A stretch of 64,000 nt of DNA from positions 17,921 to 81,920 of IMG/VR virus record IMGVR_UViG_3300031963_000072, one strand, 5' to 3'. Both the position numbers and the translations under genes were made by a program. Of the stretch, positions 8,804 to 19,126 are shown piece by piece. Origin of the DNA: a virus. Positions within the stretch are counted from its first letter, which is position 1, and the number at the start of each line of letters is the position of its first letter. The notes under the pieces are model-generated. The model was given only the letters and a program-made list of their open reading frames with translations, did no database searches and was not told the origin of the DNA.

Positions 8804-9217
8804 CTATCGCTTTGGAGAAGAAAGAACAGGAATCCCCAGTGCTTTGCTCATCTCTAAGCTTAGTCCTGCAGGATCTTCTTTGTATTTTTGTAGAAGCTTT
8901 TTGCTTTCTTCAACTCTAATATTTTCGATTTCTTTAAGTTTTTCTTCATGCTTGAGCAGAGAATTACTCAAATCTTCCTGCAGCTTTTTTAGATTTTCTT
9001 CGTGGCGTTTTCTCTCTTCAGCTTGAGAAGATAGAATCTTTCTCAATTCAGCATCGTGTATGTCCTGCATCTCTCTCAGCTTCTCAGAAGTCCTGACATT
9101 CTCTGATCTCAGATTTTCAGATACGCGATTTAGCAAGAATGCTGCAAGAAGAACTATGCATGCAGGTAAAATTGCAGGCTTCAAAAAATCATAGAGGCTC
9201 TTGAAAAAAGAATTCAT
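8804..9217 (-). CDS. N-terminally anchored coiled-coil membrane protein
   Basis: AILPACIVLLAAFLL TM then long heptad-rich region; start moved to MNSFF. Confidence 0.7.
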   Translation of the reverse strand: MNSFFKSLYDFLKPAILPACIVLLAAFLLNRVSENLRSENVRTSEKLREMQDIHDAELRKILSSQAEERKRHEENLKKLQEDLSNSLLKHEEKLKEIENIRVEESKKLLQKYKEDPAGLSLEMSKALGIPVLSSPKR

Positions 9218-9218
9218 T

Positions 9219-9533
9219 CTAGTTGGGCTTGTCAGGCTTATTTTTAGATATTGAAGGCAAAGAAGAATCAAGTCCTGTTTCTGCTTTCGTCTTCTTTAGA
9301 AGAAATTCTTGGACAACATATAAGTCGCTTATTGCCTTATTCTGATTATCAAGTGCAACAATAATTGACTCTATCGATCTCATGACTTGTGAAAGTTGCT
9401 GAGTTAACATGCTTACAGCTTTAGAAAGCATGTCAACATCTTGTGGCAAGTCTGCACTTTTCTTCAAGAGAGATGCGAGAAAATTCAGCACTCCTTCATT
9501 TTTTTCATTCGGGGGATCGTTGTTCGTTGTCAT
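9219..9533 (-). CDS. hypothetical coiled-coil protein
   Basis: ORF in operon. Confidence 0.6.
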   Translation of the reverse strand: MTTNNDPPNEKNEGVLNFLASLLKKSADLPQDVDMLSKAVSMLTQQLSQVMRSIESIIVALDNQNKAISDLYVVQEFLLKKTKAETGLDSSLPSISKNKPDKPN

Positions 9534-9813
9534 CGGATTCTTCAAGAAGATTGTACAATATCTCGCTATTGATATTGCTAATCTTATGATTTTTATCGAT
9601 CTTTTCGAGACTGTTAATTAATTTTTTCTTGGCAATTTTTTCAAGGAACTTTTCAGACTTGGTGCTATCCGAAACGGCAAATTCTGCTGCTTCTTGAAAA
9701 AGATCTTGCATTGTAATGCCATGCCTAAAGAGTTTTTCTCTAAGAAGCGTGTGAGTTTCACGAGATAGTTTAACGTGAACACTCTTCTTGTTAAAAAAGA
9801 TATCGGTCCTCAA
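9505..9813 (-). CDS. putative ribbon-helix-helix DNA-binding protein
   Basis: KSVHVKLSRETHTLLREKLFRHGITMQDLFQEA pattern. Confidence 0.55.
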   Translation of the reverse strand: MRTDIFFNKKSVHVKLSRETHTLLREKLFRHGITMQDLFQEAAEFAVSDSTKSEKFLEKIAKKKLINSLEKIDKNHKISNINSEILYNLLEESDDNEQRSPE

Positions 9814-10325
9814 GCCCCGCCAGCTCCTCCCATGGGACCTGCGGCACCAGCCTTAGGTGCCTGCACTTCATCGTCTTTCTCGGACTCAGACTGTCCTATC
9901 TCTATGCCATATGACTCTTGCAATTCAGCCTTAAATGCCTGAACGGCATCTCCCTCGTAGTTCTCAGAAAGATAGTTGGCAGCCCTGCGAAGTATTGTGT
10001 TCTTGACCTCGAGCAAAGAATCATAATTCTCAACAAGCCTCATGACATCTGAAACGAATGATCCCATGCTGATGTCTTCCAGTTTCGCCTTCTGCGGCTC
10101 TTCGGATTCCTCTTCTTCAGCTTCAGTTAGTTTACGCCAGTCCCATGTCAACTTGTTATGTGTGACTGATTCAAACTTTGCCTTGCTTTCTTCTTTTGCC
10201 TGAGATTCATACTGTGAGAGGTACTTGTCGATCTGAGAATCGACAGAATCTTCACCCGACTCCTTCTTCGGTTCTTCGTCAGCCTCTCGGAGAAGCCGCG
10301 CAAGTTCTTTCAAAGAATTCATCAC
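9810..10325 (-). CDS. hypothetical acidic protein (putative virion protein)
   Basis: MNSLKELARLLREA; LTEA sites. Confidence 0.65.
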   Translation of the reverse strand: MMNSLKELARLLREADEEPKKESGEDSVDSQIDKYLSQYESQAKEESKAKFESVTHNKLTWDWRKLTEAEEEESEEPQKAKLEDISMGSFVSDVMRLVENYDSLLEVKNTILRRAANYLSENYEGDAVQAFKAELQESYGIEIGQSESEKDDEVQAPKAGAAGPMGGAGGA

Positions 10326-11047
10326 TTCACCACCGTTGCGATCGCCTCTGCTCTCTTGAAGCGGTCTTCGATGACCTGCCAGTTGAACTCACGCATCTGG
10401 GCGATGAGGTAGCTCTTCTTGTCGCTGAGGTAATCTTTATAGTATGCGTGCTCCCACATGTCCATGACGATGACTGGATAGAAACCGATAGGAACATCTC
10501 CGCTGTGGTGTGAGACCATGAAGTTAACATACTTCTTCAGGAACATGTGGTAACCGCAAACTGCCCATCCACTGCCTGCTGAAAGGGCACATGCCATGAA
10601 GTCACGTTGCCAGTCATCGAATGTACCAAAGTCTCTCTCAAGCTTGAGGTACGAGAGGGAGTCCATCACAACTTCACTGTGGGGATCAAAACAGTTTGCG
10701 AAGTAAAGCTCATGTAGCCACGTTGCGTTGAGGTTGTATGTCTCGTCGAGCTTGAGAGAACGATAATCAGAATGACGAGAGTTTACCTCTGATCGATTGG
10801 CTGTGTCAAGCTTTGCTGACACCTTGTTCAGAGATTCAATGTAACCCTTATAAAGCTCGCTATGAGAATCTTTGGTCTTCTGAGACACAAACTCTGAAAC
10901 TTGCTTGAATTTCTTCTCTTGAGCGACATAAGACTCATCAAGCTTTTCTAAGGATATCTTCTCTTTCTTAAAGTGATCCTTTATGCTTTTTTTAACAATT
11001 CCGTCGACGTCGACGCCAGCAAGCAAATCCTTCTTATCATATGACAT
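10322..11047 (-). CDS. sod: Fe/Mn superoxide dismutase family protein with N-terminal extension
   Basis: H..LYKGY, LHELYF, DFG.F..W, GSGW, DMWEHAYY; start moved to MSYDK. Confidence 0.88.
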   Translation of the reverse strand: MSYDKKDLLAGVDVDGIVKKSIKDHFKKEKISLEKLDESYVAQEKKFKQVSEFVSQKTKDSHSELYKGYIESLNKVSAKLDTANRSEVNSRHSDYRSLKLDETYNLNATWLHELYFANCFDPHSEVVMDSLSYLKLERDFGTFDDWQRDFMACALSAGSGWAVCGYHMFLKKYVNFMVSHHSGDVPIGFYPVIVMDMWEHAYYKDYLSDKKSYLIAQMREFNWQVIEDRFKRAEAIATVVK

Positions 11048-11309
11048 ATTCGTTCTCCAGTGTGTCTTTGTCAACAATGAATAGCTTTCCCTCGGGTGTC
11101 TTAAGAATGGCATCTCTCGGTCCCACAGAAACTACCGTATATAAAATACCGTTGCGCTTAATTTTTAAGTCGGGTGAAAGAAGTGTCTTTTCTTTTCCGT
11201 CAACATTACCTTTAAAAGTAGCATCAACTTCTTCTGTAAGTCGAGCGAGTCTTGTTTCCCATTCTTCTCTCATAATTCTTATGATATCTGCGTCTTCAAG
11301 CTTCTTCAT
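11037..11309 (-). CDS. hypothetical protein (IIRIMREE motif)
   Basis: 90 aa; ATATTTA 6 nt upstream. Confidence 0.7.
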   Translation of the reverse strand: MKKLEDADIIRIMREEWETRLARLTEEVDATFKGNVDGKEKTLLSPDLKIKRNGILYTVVSVGPRDAILKTPEGKLFIVDKDTLENEYVI

Positions 11310-11739
11310 GACTACTAAATATAACGTCAGAAAATCTATTTACGACAATGCCGCACGTTCGCAATATAGTCAATCCTGACACGTCTCTATATTCTTGATC
11401 ATAAACTACTTCAGATATGTTGGCGTTCACTATTAACTTGGCACATTGCTGACACGGAGAGTGGGTCAAGTACATGATCTTGTTGCGATTGAAATTGTAA
11501 TCACATTTGACCAAGGCATTGACTTCAGCGTGAATAAATCCACTGTGTCCTGGATCATTTGAGTCTGGTTGATGTGGACCACCTCTGTAATTTCCATTGT
11601 ATCCAAGAGCAAGCAGCCTTGTGTTATCATCGGATACAATGATTGTGCCTACCTTTAGCCTTGGGTCATAAGACCTTTCAGCTACAGTCTTGGCTATGGT
11701 CATCCACGTCTGATGCCACGTAGGTCTATTGACTTCCAT
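11296..11739 (-). CDS. dCMP deaminase
   Basis: GYNG, HAEVNAL, SPCQQC Zn-deaminase motifs. Confidence 0.92.
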   Translation of the reverse strand: MEVNRPTWHQTWMTIAKTVAERSYDPRLKVGTIIVSDDNTRLLALGYNGNYRGGPHQPDSNDPGHSGFIHAEVNALVKCDYNFNRNKIMYLTHSPCQQCAKLIVNANISEVVYDQEYRDVSGLTILRTCGIVVNRFSDVIFSSHEEA

Positions 11740-12307
11740 GTATTTTCTGTCTCTGGTCTATGGAGAGGTGGTGTGAATAGCATCTCGGCTCATACAGTTC
11801 TGAACCGCCAACTTCTATTTCTTCTCCTCCTGTCTGTTTCTTGTGCGTATAGTGTGCATCTCTACCACACACAGTACAGACTGCAGTGCATTTCTCGACC
11901 TGGGTTGCCCAAACTAGCATTTTTTCTATTTCGCTAAATGGTTTTCCTGCAGCTGACATTTCAAGAGAAGAAACAACTATTGTGAATCCATAAGTAAAAA
12001 GCCACGTCAAAGCATCTGCTGAACCTGGTATCATAAAAGCTTCATCGACTGCAACAACGTGCGGTTCTTCATCGAGGCTTGTCAGATATTCAAGTATTTC
12101 AGCCCCTGTTTTTACACATACGGCCGGGACCTTCCAACCGCTATGAGTGGCAACTTCACTATAGCTGTATCTATCGTCTATATTTGGCTTAAAGATTACA
12201 ATCTTTTTATGCTGATATTTGTATTTTTCAAGAGTTGAAAGAAGGCGACTTGTTTTTGAAGAAAACATTGGCCCGCAGTAAACAATAAACTCTGGGTTAT
12301 TTAGCAT
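11726..12307 (-). CDS. tdk: thymidine kinase
   Basis: GPMFSSKT, DEA, CTVC...EPRC; start moved to MLNNP. Confidence 0.92.
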   Translation of the reverse strand: MLNNPEFIVYCGPMFSSKTSRLLSTLEKYKYQHKKIVIFKPNIDDRYSYSEVATHSGWKVPAVCVKTGAEILEYLTSLDEEPHVVAVDEAFMIPGSADALTWLFTYGFTIVVSSLEMSAAGKPFSEIEKMLVWATQVEKCTAVCTVCGRDAHYTHKKQTGGEEIEVGGSELYEPRCYSHHLSIDQRQKIHGSQ

Positions 12308-13269
12308 TTCTTTACCTCGTACCCTTTTACGATATCCCAGTTCTCTTCGTACCAAGCTATTGTTCTATCAAGACCTTCCCAAAATTGAACTTCAGGAACA
12401 TATCCAATTTCTGACTTAATCAAAGACAAGTTTGCGTGCGTGTGCATCACATCACCAGGTCGCCAAGGAGCTGTAACATACTTTGCATCTGGATACTTTT
12501 TAATTAAAAAATTAAGAATTTCTATGTTTTTCGTTTTGCTTCCACACGCGACGTTAAAATAATCTCCGTGAAATTCTTTTTCAGAAATGGCTGCCTTGTA
12601 GAAGGCCTGCGTTGCGTTGTCTACGTAACATAAGTCTCTTGATTGTGATCCGTCTCCGTCAGATCTCATGGGTTTTCCGCTTTTTATCGCAGTTAACCAG
12701 GCAGAAACAGCAGTTGAGTAAGGAGATCCGCCAAGCTGTCTAGGACCGAATACATTGAATAATCGCAAGCTTGCAGATTCAAGCTTATAATGCATCCAAT
12801 ATTGAATCAAATAGTCTTCTACGATAGACTTTTGCAAAGCATAGGGTGACTTAGGATTCTTCTGATATTCTTCTGAAGTAGGTAAAGTATCAGCGCCTCC
12901 GTAAACAGAAGAGGAGGAGGCAAATATAAATCTCTTTATATTCTTATTTGTGCAAGCATTGACTAAAGAAAGAGTCTTGGTCACGTTTGTTTCATGTGAC
13001 TCAAGTGGGTGGTCGACAGAAAAAGAAACTCTTGGAATTGCCGCCAAATGAAAAACGTAGTCGTATGTTTTATCCTCAATCTTCCGCAAAACTTCTCTGG
13101 AAGAAAAATCGTCGCAAAGAAATTCTTTGACAGACGGATTGACGTATTCCTTGTAACCGCTAGCCAGATTATCTACTACGGTGACTTCCCAACCATTAGA
13201 AATTAATCTGTCGGTCAAATGACTTCCAATGAATCCTGCACCGCCTGTTACTAATGCTCTTTTTTTCAT
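12301..13269 (-). CDS. NAD-dependent nucleotide-sugar epimerase/dehydratase
   Basis: TGGAGFIG, SSSSVYG, YALQK, NVFGP. Confidence 0.92.
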   Translation of the reverse strand: MKKRALVTGGAGFIGSHLTDRLISNGWEVTVVDNLASGYKEYVNPSVKEFLCDDFSSREVLRKIEDKTYDYVFHLAAIPRVSFSVDHPLESHETNVTKTLSLVNACTNKNIKRFIFASSSSVYGGADTLPTSEEYQKNPKSPYALQKSIVEDYLIQYWMHYKLESASLRLFNVFGPRQLGGSPYSTAVSAWLTAIKSGKPMRSDGDGSQSRDLCYVDNATQAFYKAAISEKEFHGDYFNVACGSKTKNIEILNFLIKKYPDAKYVTAPWRPGDVMHTHANLSLIKSEIGYVPEVQFWEGLDRTIAWYEENWDIVKGYEVKKC

Positions 13270-13283
13270 AGGGTTAATTTAAG

Positions 13284-13601
13284 CTATTTTAGAATTCTTT
13301 TTATAATTTGAGTCTTGAATTTTTCTGGGAATTCAAATTGATCAGCATAATAAACGATAGACTCGTTCCACTCTTTCACCAGATGAGATTCTTCAACACC
13401 TGCCATGTCTTGTTCAATCTCAGTCCAGATTCTATGCAACAATTTCTTGTCGTTGATTACGTTGAAGTCTTCAGAAGCTGCCTCTACAAGATAGACAAAA
13501 TTTTCAAAATTCTTAGGAGGTAATCTCCTCTCAATTACGATCTTTTTTATCTGATCCTGAAGAGAATCCCTGATAATTTTCTTTATTTGATAAATGTCCA
13601 T
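13284..13601 (-). CDS. hypothetical protein (QIKKIIRDSL motif)
   Basis: 105 aa; ATAATTA 4 nt upstream. Confidence 0.65.
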   Translation of the reverse strand: MDIYQIKKIIRDSLQDQIKKIVIERRLPPKNFENFVYLVEAASEDFNVINDKKLLHRIWTEIEQDMAGVEESHLVKEWNESIVYYADQFEFPEKFKTQIIKRILK

Positions 13602-13611
13602 AAAGTAATTA

Positions 13612-14607
13612 TCAAGTTTTCCAGAAGCTGTAGAGATTCTTCTCTACTTCATAAGGCATTAACTTGACAGGACGCTGAGGCTGTGATGCAGCCCAGACAA
13701 ACATTTTCTCTATTAGATCTTCGAAGTTTGTGTCATCTTTAAAGTTGAGATGTTCAATGGCTTTAGAATGATCACAATAGGCAATCTGAACTTCATCTCT
13801 TGCCTCAAGATGAACTACGCTTGTAGTATAGCCAAGTTTTTGAGCAACAGAGCAGAACATCTTTGAAGCCTCTAGAATCGATATCTTAGAATCCGCGCCA
13901 ATATTGTAGATCTCTCTATCACCTAGTGTCATCAAAGATTCAAAAGGCTCCATGTAATACTTGATGTCAGAAAAAGACCTGATCTGGGAACCGTCACCGT
14001 AGATGGTAATGGGCTGACCAGACAATGTTTGTCTAATCCAGATTCCAAGTACATTCCTGTATTTATCCCAGATATTCTGGTATATGCCGAACACGTTGTG
14101 AGGTCTTACTACCGAGTAGTTGAGATCAAATAAGCGAGAAGCGTGCTTCAGATCGAGCTCAACAGCGTATTTTGCAATTCCATACGGATCTTCAGGAGAG
14201 GGAACCATATCCTCTGTGTAAGGTGAGCTACATTCACTCCCGTAGACATCCATCGAAGAAGAAAATATTATTTTCTTTACACCGCCATTAATGCAACTGT
14301 TGATAACATTTGCAGAAGCAACCACATTGTTGGTGTAATTGAAGCTTCTAATAAAAGGACTCAATCCCACGGCAGCATATGCAGCAAAATGATAGACATA
14401 GTCTGGTTTTGTGTCTTTGAAAATCTGTCCCACATTTTTTTGATCCGCTAAATTTACCTGGTGGAAAACCAGGCGTGAATCAACGTTTTCAACATAACCT
14501 CCGCTAAGATCATCAATTCCAAAAACTTCGTGACCCTTGTCCAGCAGATGACGAGTTAGGTGAGATCCCAATAGACCAGCGCAACCTGTTACAATTATTC
14601 TAGACAT
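13612..14607 (-). CDS. NAD-dependent nucleotide-sugar epimerase/dehydratase
   Basis: TGCAGLLG, SSMDVYG, YGIAK, HNVFG. Confidence 0.92.
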   Translation of the reverse strand: MSRIIVTGCAGLLGSHLTRHLLDKGHEVFGIDDLSGGYVENVDSRLVFHQVNLADQKNVGQIFKDTKPDYVYHFAAYAAVGLSPFIRSFNYTNNVVASANVINSCINGGVKKIIFSSSMDVYGSECSSPYTEDMVPSPEDPYGIAKYAVELDLKHASRLFDLNYSVVRPHNVFGIYQNIWDKYRNVLGIWIRQTLSGQPITIYGDGSQIRSFSDIKYYMEPFESLMTLGDREIYNIGADSKISILEASKMFCSVAQKLGYTTSVVHLEARDEVQIAYCDHSKAIEHLNFKDDTNFEDLIEKMFVWAASQPQRPVKLMPYEVEKNLYSFWKT

Positions 14608-14615
14608 GAAATGAA

Positions 14616-15527
14616 TTATATCTTGTCGTTACGAACGTGGAGACTATTATAGCTTACGTCTAGAAGAATTTTACTAGGTTTCCAACTAAAAAATCTTGCA
14701 ATTTCTGTAGAAAGATGAGACAAAAATCTCAAATCGGGAGAACCATTTCCCACAGAATCTGTGCTTCTTAATTGACAAATGACTTTTAGATTGCCTTGTC
14801 TGTTAAGAAAATGTATTGAAGATATACACGTATCGCTAGAATAATAAAAGCGACGCGTGTCAAGATTCTGAGGAGTTTTATAAGGATTGTCTCCGGCAGT
14901 CTCTCTAGAGATGATTTCTTTACACTTGCTCAATATCTCCTTAAAGTATTGAGCTTCATGCTCAATTTCTAGACAGTCTACGTCGCTGTACTCTGGGGGT
15001 AGATTAAACCTTGCTCTAAACTGAACTTCTGCTTTCTCGTCCAATTTAGTCCACATTCTACTGAGAGAGCCAAAGACGGAAGGCGTAAGTTGCTCGTACT
15101 GATTTAGTGACTTCAAAGCCCTAGAAGTTAGAGATTCTCTATCGAGTTCTTCCCTGATGACAAGAACGTTGGGCAAAAAAGAAATCTTCTTGACTTCATC
15201 TTCAAAAATGTCGTGGAGGCGAACAAGGGAATCCTTGTCTTGAAAATCATCTCCTCTAACGCTAAGACGATCTATTAAAACATCTTTTGCAGGTAATAGA
15301 ACGATAAAGAAATTGTTTCCATCACACAGCTCTTCTCTAAGCGAATTTCTCAGATCTTCAGCAGCTGGCCTGTCGTACAGTCTAGCATAGCATAGCGTAG
15401 ACAGATACGACCTGTCTCTAATATTCCTTATGTATGAAGTTGCCTTATTGAGGTTGGAATATAGAGAAGTTTTTCCGCTACAATCAGGGCCTTCTATAAC
15501 AACGTAATTGACCGGTAAGAATGTCAT
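14616..15527 (-). CDS. dNMP kinase fused to truncated thymidylate-synthase/dCMP-hydroxymethylase-like domain
   Basis: IEGPDCSGKT, DRS (kinase); DTRR..C..SIHF...RSTD.......D...SLH (ThyA fold); ATGA-coupled to dnaE. Confidence 0.75.
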   Translation of the reverse strand: MTFLPVNYVVIEGPDCSGKTSLYSNLNKATSYIRNIRDRSYLSTLCYARLYDRPAAEDLRNSLREELCDGNNFFIVLLPAKDVLIDRLSVRGDDFQDKDSLVRLHDIFEDEVKKISFLPNVLVIREELDRESLTSRALKSLNQYEQLTPSVFGSLSRMWTKLDEKAEVQFRARFNLPPEYSDVDCLEIEHEAQYFKEILSKCKEIISRETAGDNPYKTPQNLDTRRFYYSSDTCISSIHFLNRQGNLKVICQLRSTDSVGNGSPDLRFLSHLSTEIARFFSWKPSKILLDVSYNSLHVRNDKI

Positions 15528-18500
15528 GCCATTTGCCTCATCTTGAAAATAGATGTAGAAAATCCCCACTGTGCGTCGTGCTGAGCCTTGCAAACCCACA
15601 AAGTATAGGGAAGAATATCATCTTGTGGGGTACCCCATACTCTAAGCCTTGCAGTTCTGAATGTATTGTCAAGTGTCTTGATTGCATAAAAGACTTTTCC
15701 GTTCTTTGTCTTCTTCTTCTCGACAGAAGAAGCGCAGAACCAGCCTATGCCCTCAGATCCTGCAGGAATATCGTGAATACTGTAGACCTCTTTTTCCTCC
15801 ACTTTCCGCATAACGTCCGGTGGAAACATTAAATCGCCGTCGACAGTTGAAGTCAGTTCGTATCTCACGCTTATCTTTTCAAATCTCTCCCAGTCTTCAA
15901 CAGTCGAAAGTTCTTCTAGTAGAAAATCGAGTATAGGCATCACAGGCTCACCAAGCTTCTCCTTCTTCTTTAGCTGAGAAGCAGTGAGACCGTAATAGCC
16001 CTTTCTAAGGGTCTCATAGTTATCGCCCTCTGTCAGGGCCATCAAGACCTGCCTATGGTTTGAAACCCTCCCGTACTGAAAGTCTTCAAGGGATTCAAGC
16101 CCTTCGATCTTACAAAGAGATGTTAGAACCGTCTTGTTAATCTTACTCGGCTTCCATTCTCCGTTATCGTTGAACAGAATGTCGCTAAGATTCTTGTAGG
16201 GTCTTGAGTAAATGATTTCGTCGACTGCGGCCGCACCGATACCTTTCACCGATGTAAGCGGCGGAACAAATGCTTGGGCTTCGTCAGAATATTGCCACTC
16301 TTTGCCAGAATAGTTGATATCGATCTTAGAGAAGGCGTACCCAATCGTCTTAATCTCAGAGATTGCCTTGGCTAGTGCGTCGGGATTACTGTTTTCCGAC
16401 TGTAGAATTGTAGCGAGCCATTCTTTCTCGTAATGGGTGTGTAGCCATGCTGCATAGTAGGAGTCAAGTGCATAGGCAACCGAGTGAGACTTGTTAAAGC
16501 CGTACAGAGAGAAGAACTCGATCTTATCGAACAGCTCGTGCATCATCTTTTCGGGAAGATTATGAAGGCGTTTCGCACCTTCAACAAACTTCTCACGGAG
16601 TGCTGCACGTTCGCCACCCTTCTTGTCTGCCGTGTCGAGAGACTTCTTGACAAGAGTTTTTCTCATTTGGTCGGCTTCACCCTCAGTGAATCCTGAAAGT
16701 TCCATTGCAAGAAGCATGAATTGCTCCTGGAATGTGATGAATCCTCTCGTTGCGCCGAGAACCTTCTCGATGAGAGGGTGATCGTACTTGATCTTCGATA
16801 GATCCTTACCAGCATCGACGTACATGTTGTGCACGTTCGCCTTGAGAGGACCAGGTCGATAGATTGCTGTTACCGCAGCAAGTTCGTCGATGTTATTAGG
16901 CTTCGCCTGCATGCAGAATTTGCGTGCGCCGCTGGCGGTAAATTGGAAAACTCCAACGAAGTTTCCTTTATGGTAAACATGCTCCCAGACCTTGGGGTCG
17001 TCCTGCTTCACGTATCGGCAGTTGAGATGCTTGTCAAAGAATGCTTTGGTGTCTGTAAATGAAGGATTAGGATTACCCTCTTTGACAAGGATGCGTCTAA
17101 TGCAGTTCTCTACGTCCTTGAGAAGCGTGAGACCCAAGAAGTCGAACTTAAGGAATCCGTTCTCCTCGAGGTTTCTGAAGTTCATGCCTTCAGACCAGGG
17201 AGTTTGTAGTTCACCACGGACACCAATGATTGGCATCGTAGCAGCCAAGTCATCAGGATCTGCAACGAGAACGCCACCTGCATGTCGACCTACAGATCGA
17301 TTCTGCATGAAGAGCGTCTCAACGTGAGCAGCGACGTCGGGATACTTCTCCATGAACGCACGGTATTTCGGAGAATGCTTCATGCAGTCCTCATGCTTCA
17401 GGACGAAAACAGACTTTTCAGTATCGTCATCTCGGGCAAGGTTCATCACCTCATCCTGAAGCGGACCTGTCATCTCGTTAACTTCCTCGAAAGGAACACT
17501 GTAGATCTTAGCGATGTCCTTGACAAGCGACTTAAGCTTCAAGGTATTGAAGTTGGAGACGGGTATGACGGCATCGTCGCCGAACAATTCTCGAGCTGCG
17601 TCGATCAGAGCATCTCGGTCACCAGCATCGGAGTCAATGTCAGGCCAAGCTACTTTCTGTCGATTGAGAAAGCGTCCCCAAAGCAAATTGTAGGGGATGG
17701 GATCGATCTGCGTAATACCAAGAAGAAAATTGACAAGAGATCCTGCGCCGCTGCCTCTTCCTGGGCCGAGGAGTGTCTTTGCCTCGGCCTTGTGGAAGAT
17801 CTTATACATCGTCACGAAGTAAGAAGCGTGCCCAAGGAACTTGATGTCAGACAACTCCATCTTCGCACGTTCAACGTACTCAGGCTTGTCAGCGAGACCT
17901 TCGCGGACGAGTCCTTCCTTGACAAGTTCTGTGAGCTGCTGGAATGTAGACTTCTCTGGTGTATCTAAGTGAGGTAGTTTCGCCTTCGTAGGAATCCAGG
18001 TGTCTTCGCACTCCTGCCAGGCGAGGTCGTGAGTACGCTCGATGGAATCTCTAACTAATTCTTCTGTCCCTCTGTAGAAGTCGTACTGTTCGTAGGACGC
18101 CTTGTACTCGTCCCACATCTGCGAGGCATTTTTGGGGTACAGCTCACACTTGAGATCTTCAAATTTAGGAAGAGCAGACTGTTCTAGCTTGGCACCCATC
18201 CACCCAAGCTTCTTGTACAGCTCGCGAGCCTGCCATTTAGAAGGATCCGGGTAGTGAGAATCGCAGGTTGAAACGAGCGGGATACCTGTCTTCCTGTGAA
18301 GTTCTATGAGATACTTGTTAACAGTGTGCTGTTTTTCAAGCTTATTGAATTGCAGCTCGAGGAAAAAGTTGTTACGCCCGACAGACTCTACAAATCTGTC
18401 TGCTACATTCTCAATGTCATTGAGAATCTCGATCTCAGACTTACCGTGAGCCTCACCGAGCAGAATTTTGGAAGAAAAATAGCCGCCGAGGCAGGCGGTC

Positions 18501-19120
18501 GACCAGATGATGTCGCTTCCATACTTCGACAAGAGATCAAAGTCAATTCTTGGGTATCGATAGAATCCATCCTTGTATGACAGTTTCACAAGTCTGTAGA
18601 GGTTTGCGAGACCGTTCTTGTTTTTTGCGACTGCCACCAGGTGGTAACGTCGTTGCCAATCTTTCGATTTAACGTCGACCGTCTTGGTCTCATTCTCGTC
18701 CTCTACGACAAGACCTCCCTGTTCTTCTTCGTCTGCATCGACGTCTGTAGGAGTCTTTGCTCTCTTCTCTGCCTCAGCAGCGGTCTTGGCGTCTTTGATG
18801 GACTGTTTATGAGCTTCGTAGTCGATCGACCACTGAGACAGAGATGGAACGAAGTAGAACTCAACACCGTAAAGCTGCCTATACTTAATGCCCTTCTTGA
18901 CAACCTTGGCAGCAGCGTTTTTAGCGTGGGCGTGTCCGTTGCCGTTGCCGTGATCTGTCAAAGCCCAAGCATCCATGCCTTGAGACTCTGAGGTGACAAA
19001 TGAGATATGGGATTCAGGATAGCCGAGTCCGTCGAAAGTGCTAAATCCTGAGTGGGAGTGTAAACCAACAAATCGTGTCGGCGGCCTGATTTCATCCAGC
19101 GTCTTGATGAGACTTGACAT
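15524..19120 (-). CDS. dnaE: DNA polymerase III alpha subunit (family C, DnaE-like)
   Basis: PHP motifs LHSHS.FS..DG, TDHG; GRGSGAGS, PDIDSD, HAGG, KFDFLGL, YGFNKSHS; start moved to MSSLI. Confidence 0.96.
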   Translation of the reverse strand: MSSLIKTLDEIRPPTRFVGLHSHSGFSTFDGLGYPESHISFVTSESQGMDAWALTDHGNGNGHAHAKNAAAKVVKKGIKYRQLYGVEFYFVPSLSQWSIDYEAHKQSIKDAKTAAEAEKRAKTPTDVDADEEEQGGLVVEDENETKTVDVKSKDWQRRYHLVAVAKNKNGLANLYRLVKLSYKDGFYRYPRIDFDLLSKYGSDIIWSTACLGGYFSSKILLGEAHGKSEIEILNDIENVADRFVESVGRNNFFLELQFNKLEKQHTVNKYLIELHRKTGIPLVSTCDSHYPDPSKWQARELYKKLGWMGAKLEQSALPKFEDLKCELYPKNASQMWDEYKASYEQYDFYRGTEELVRDSIERTHDLAWQECEDTWIPTKAKLPHLDTPEKSTFQQLTELVKEGLVREGLADKPEYVERAKMELSDIKFLGHASYFVTMYKIFHKAEAKTLLGPGRGSGAGSLVNFLLGITQIDPIPYNLLWGRFLNRQKVAWPDIDSDAGDRDALIDAARELFGDDAVIPVSNFNTLKLKSLVKDIAKIYSVPFEEVNEMTGPLQDEVMNLARDDDTEKSVFVLKHEDCMKHSPKYRAFMEKYPDVAAHVETLFMQNRSVGRHAGGVLVADPDDLAATMPIIGVRGELQTPWSEGMNFRNLEENGFLKFDFLGLTLLKDVENCIRRILVKEGNPNPSFTDTKAFFDKHLNCRYVKQDDPKVWEHVYHKGNFVGVFQFTASGARKFCMQAKPNNIDELAAVTAIYRPGPLKANVHNMYVDAGKDLSKIKYDHPLIEKVLGATRGFITFQEQFMLLAMELSGFTEGEADQMRKTLVKKSLDTADKKGGERAALREKFVEGAKRLHNLPEKMMHELFDKIEFFSLYGFNKSHSVAYALDSYYAAWLHTHYEKEWLATILQSENSNPDALAKAISEIKTIGYAFSKIDINYSGKEWQYSDEAQAFVPPLTSVKGIGAAAVDEIIYSRPYKNLSDILFNDNGEWKPSKINKTVLTSLCKIEGLESLEDFQYGRVSNHRQVLMALTEGDNYETLRKGYYGLTASQLKKKEKLGEPVMPILDFLLEELSTVEDWERFEKISVRYELTSTVDGDLMFPPDVMRKVEEKEVYSIHDIPAGSEGIGWFCASSVEKKKTKNGKVFYAIKTLDNTFRTARLRVWGTPQDDILPYTLWVCKAQHDAQWGFSTSIFKMRQMA

Positions 19121-19126
19121 GGTGTT

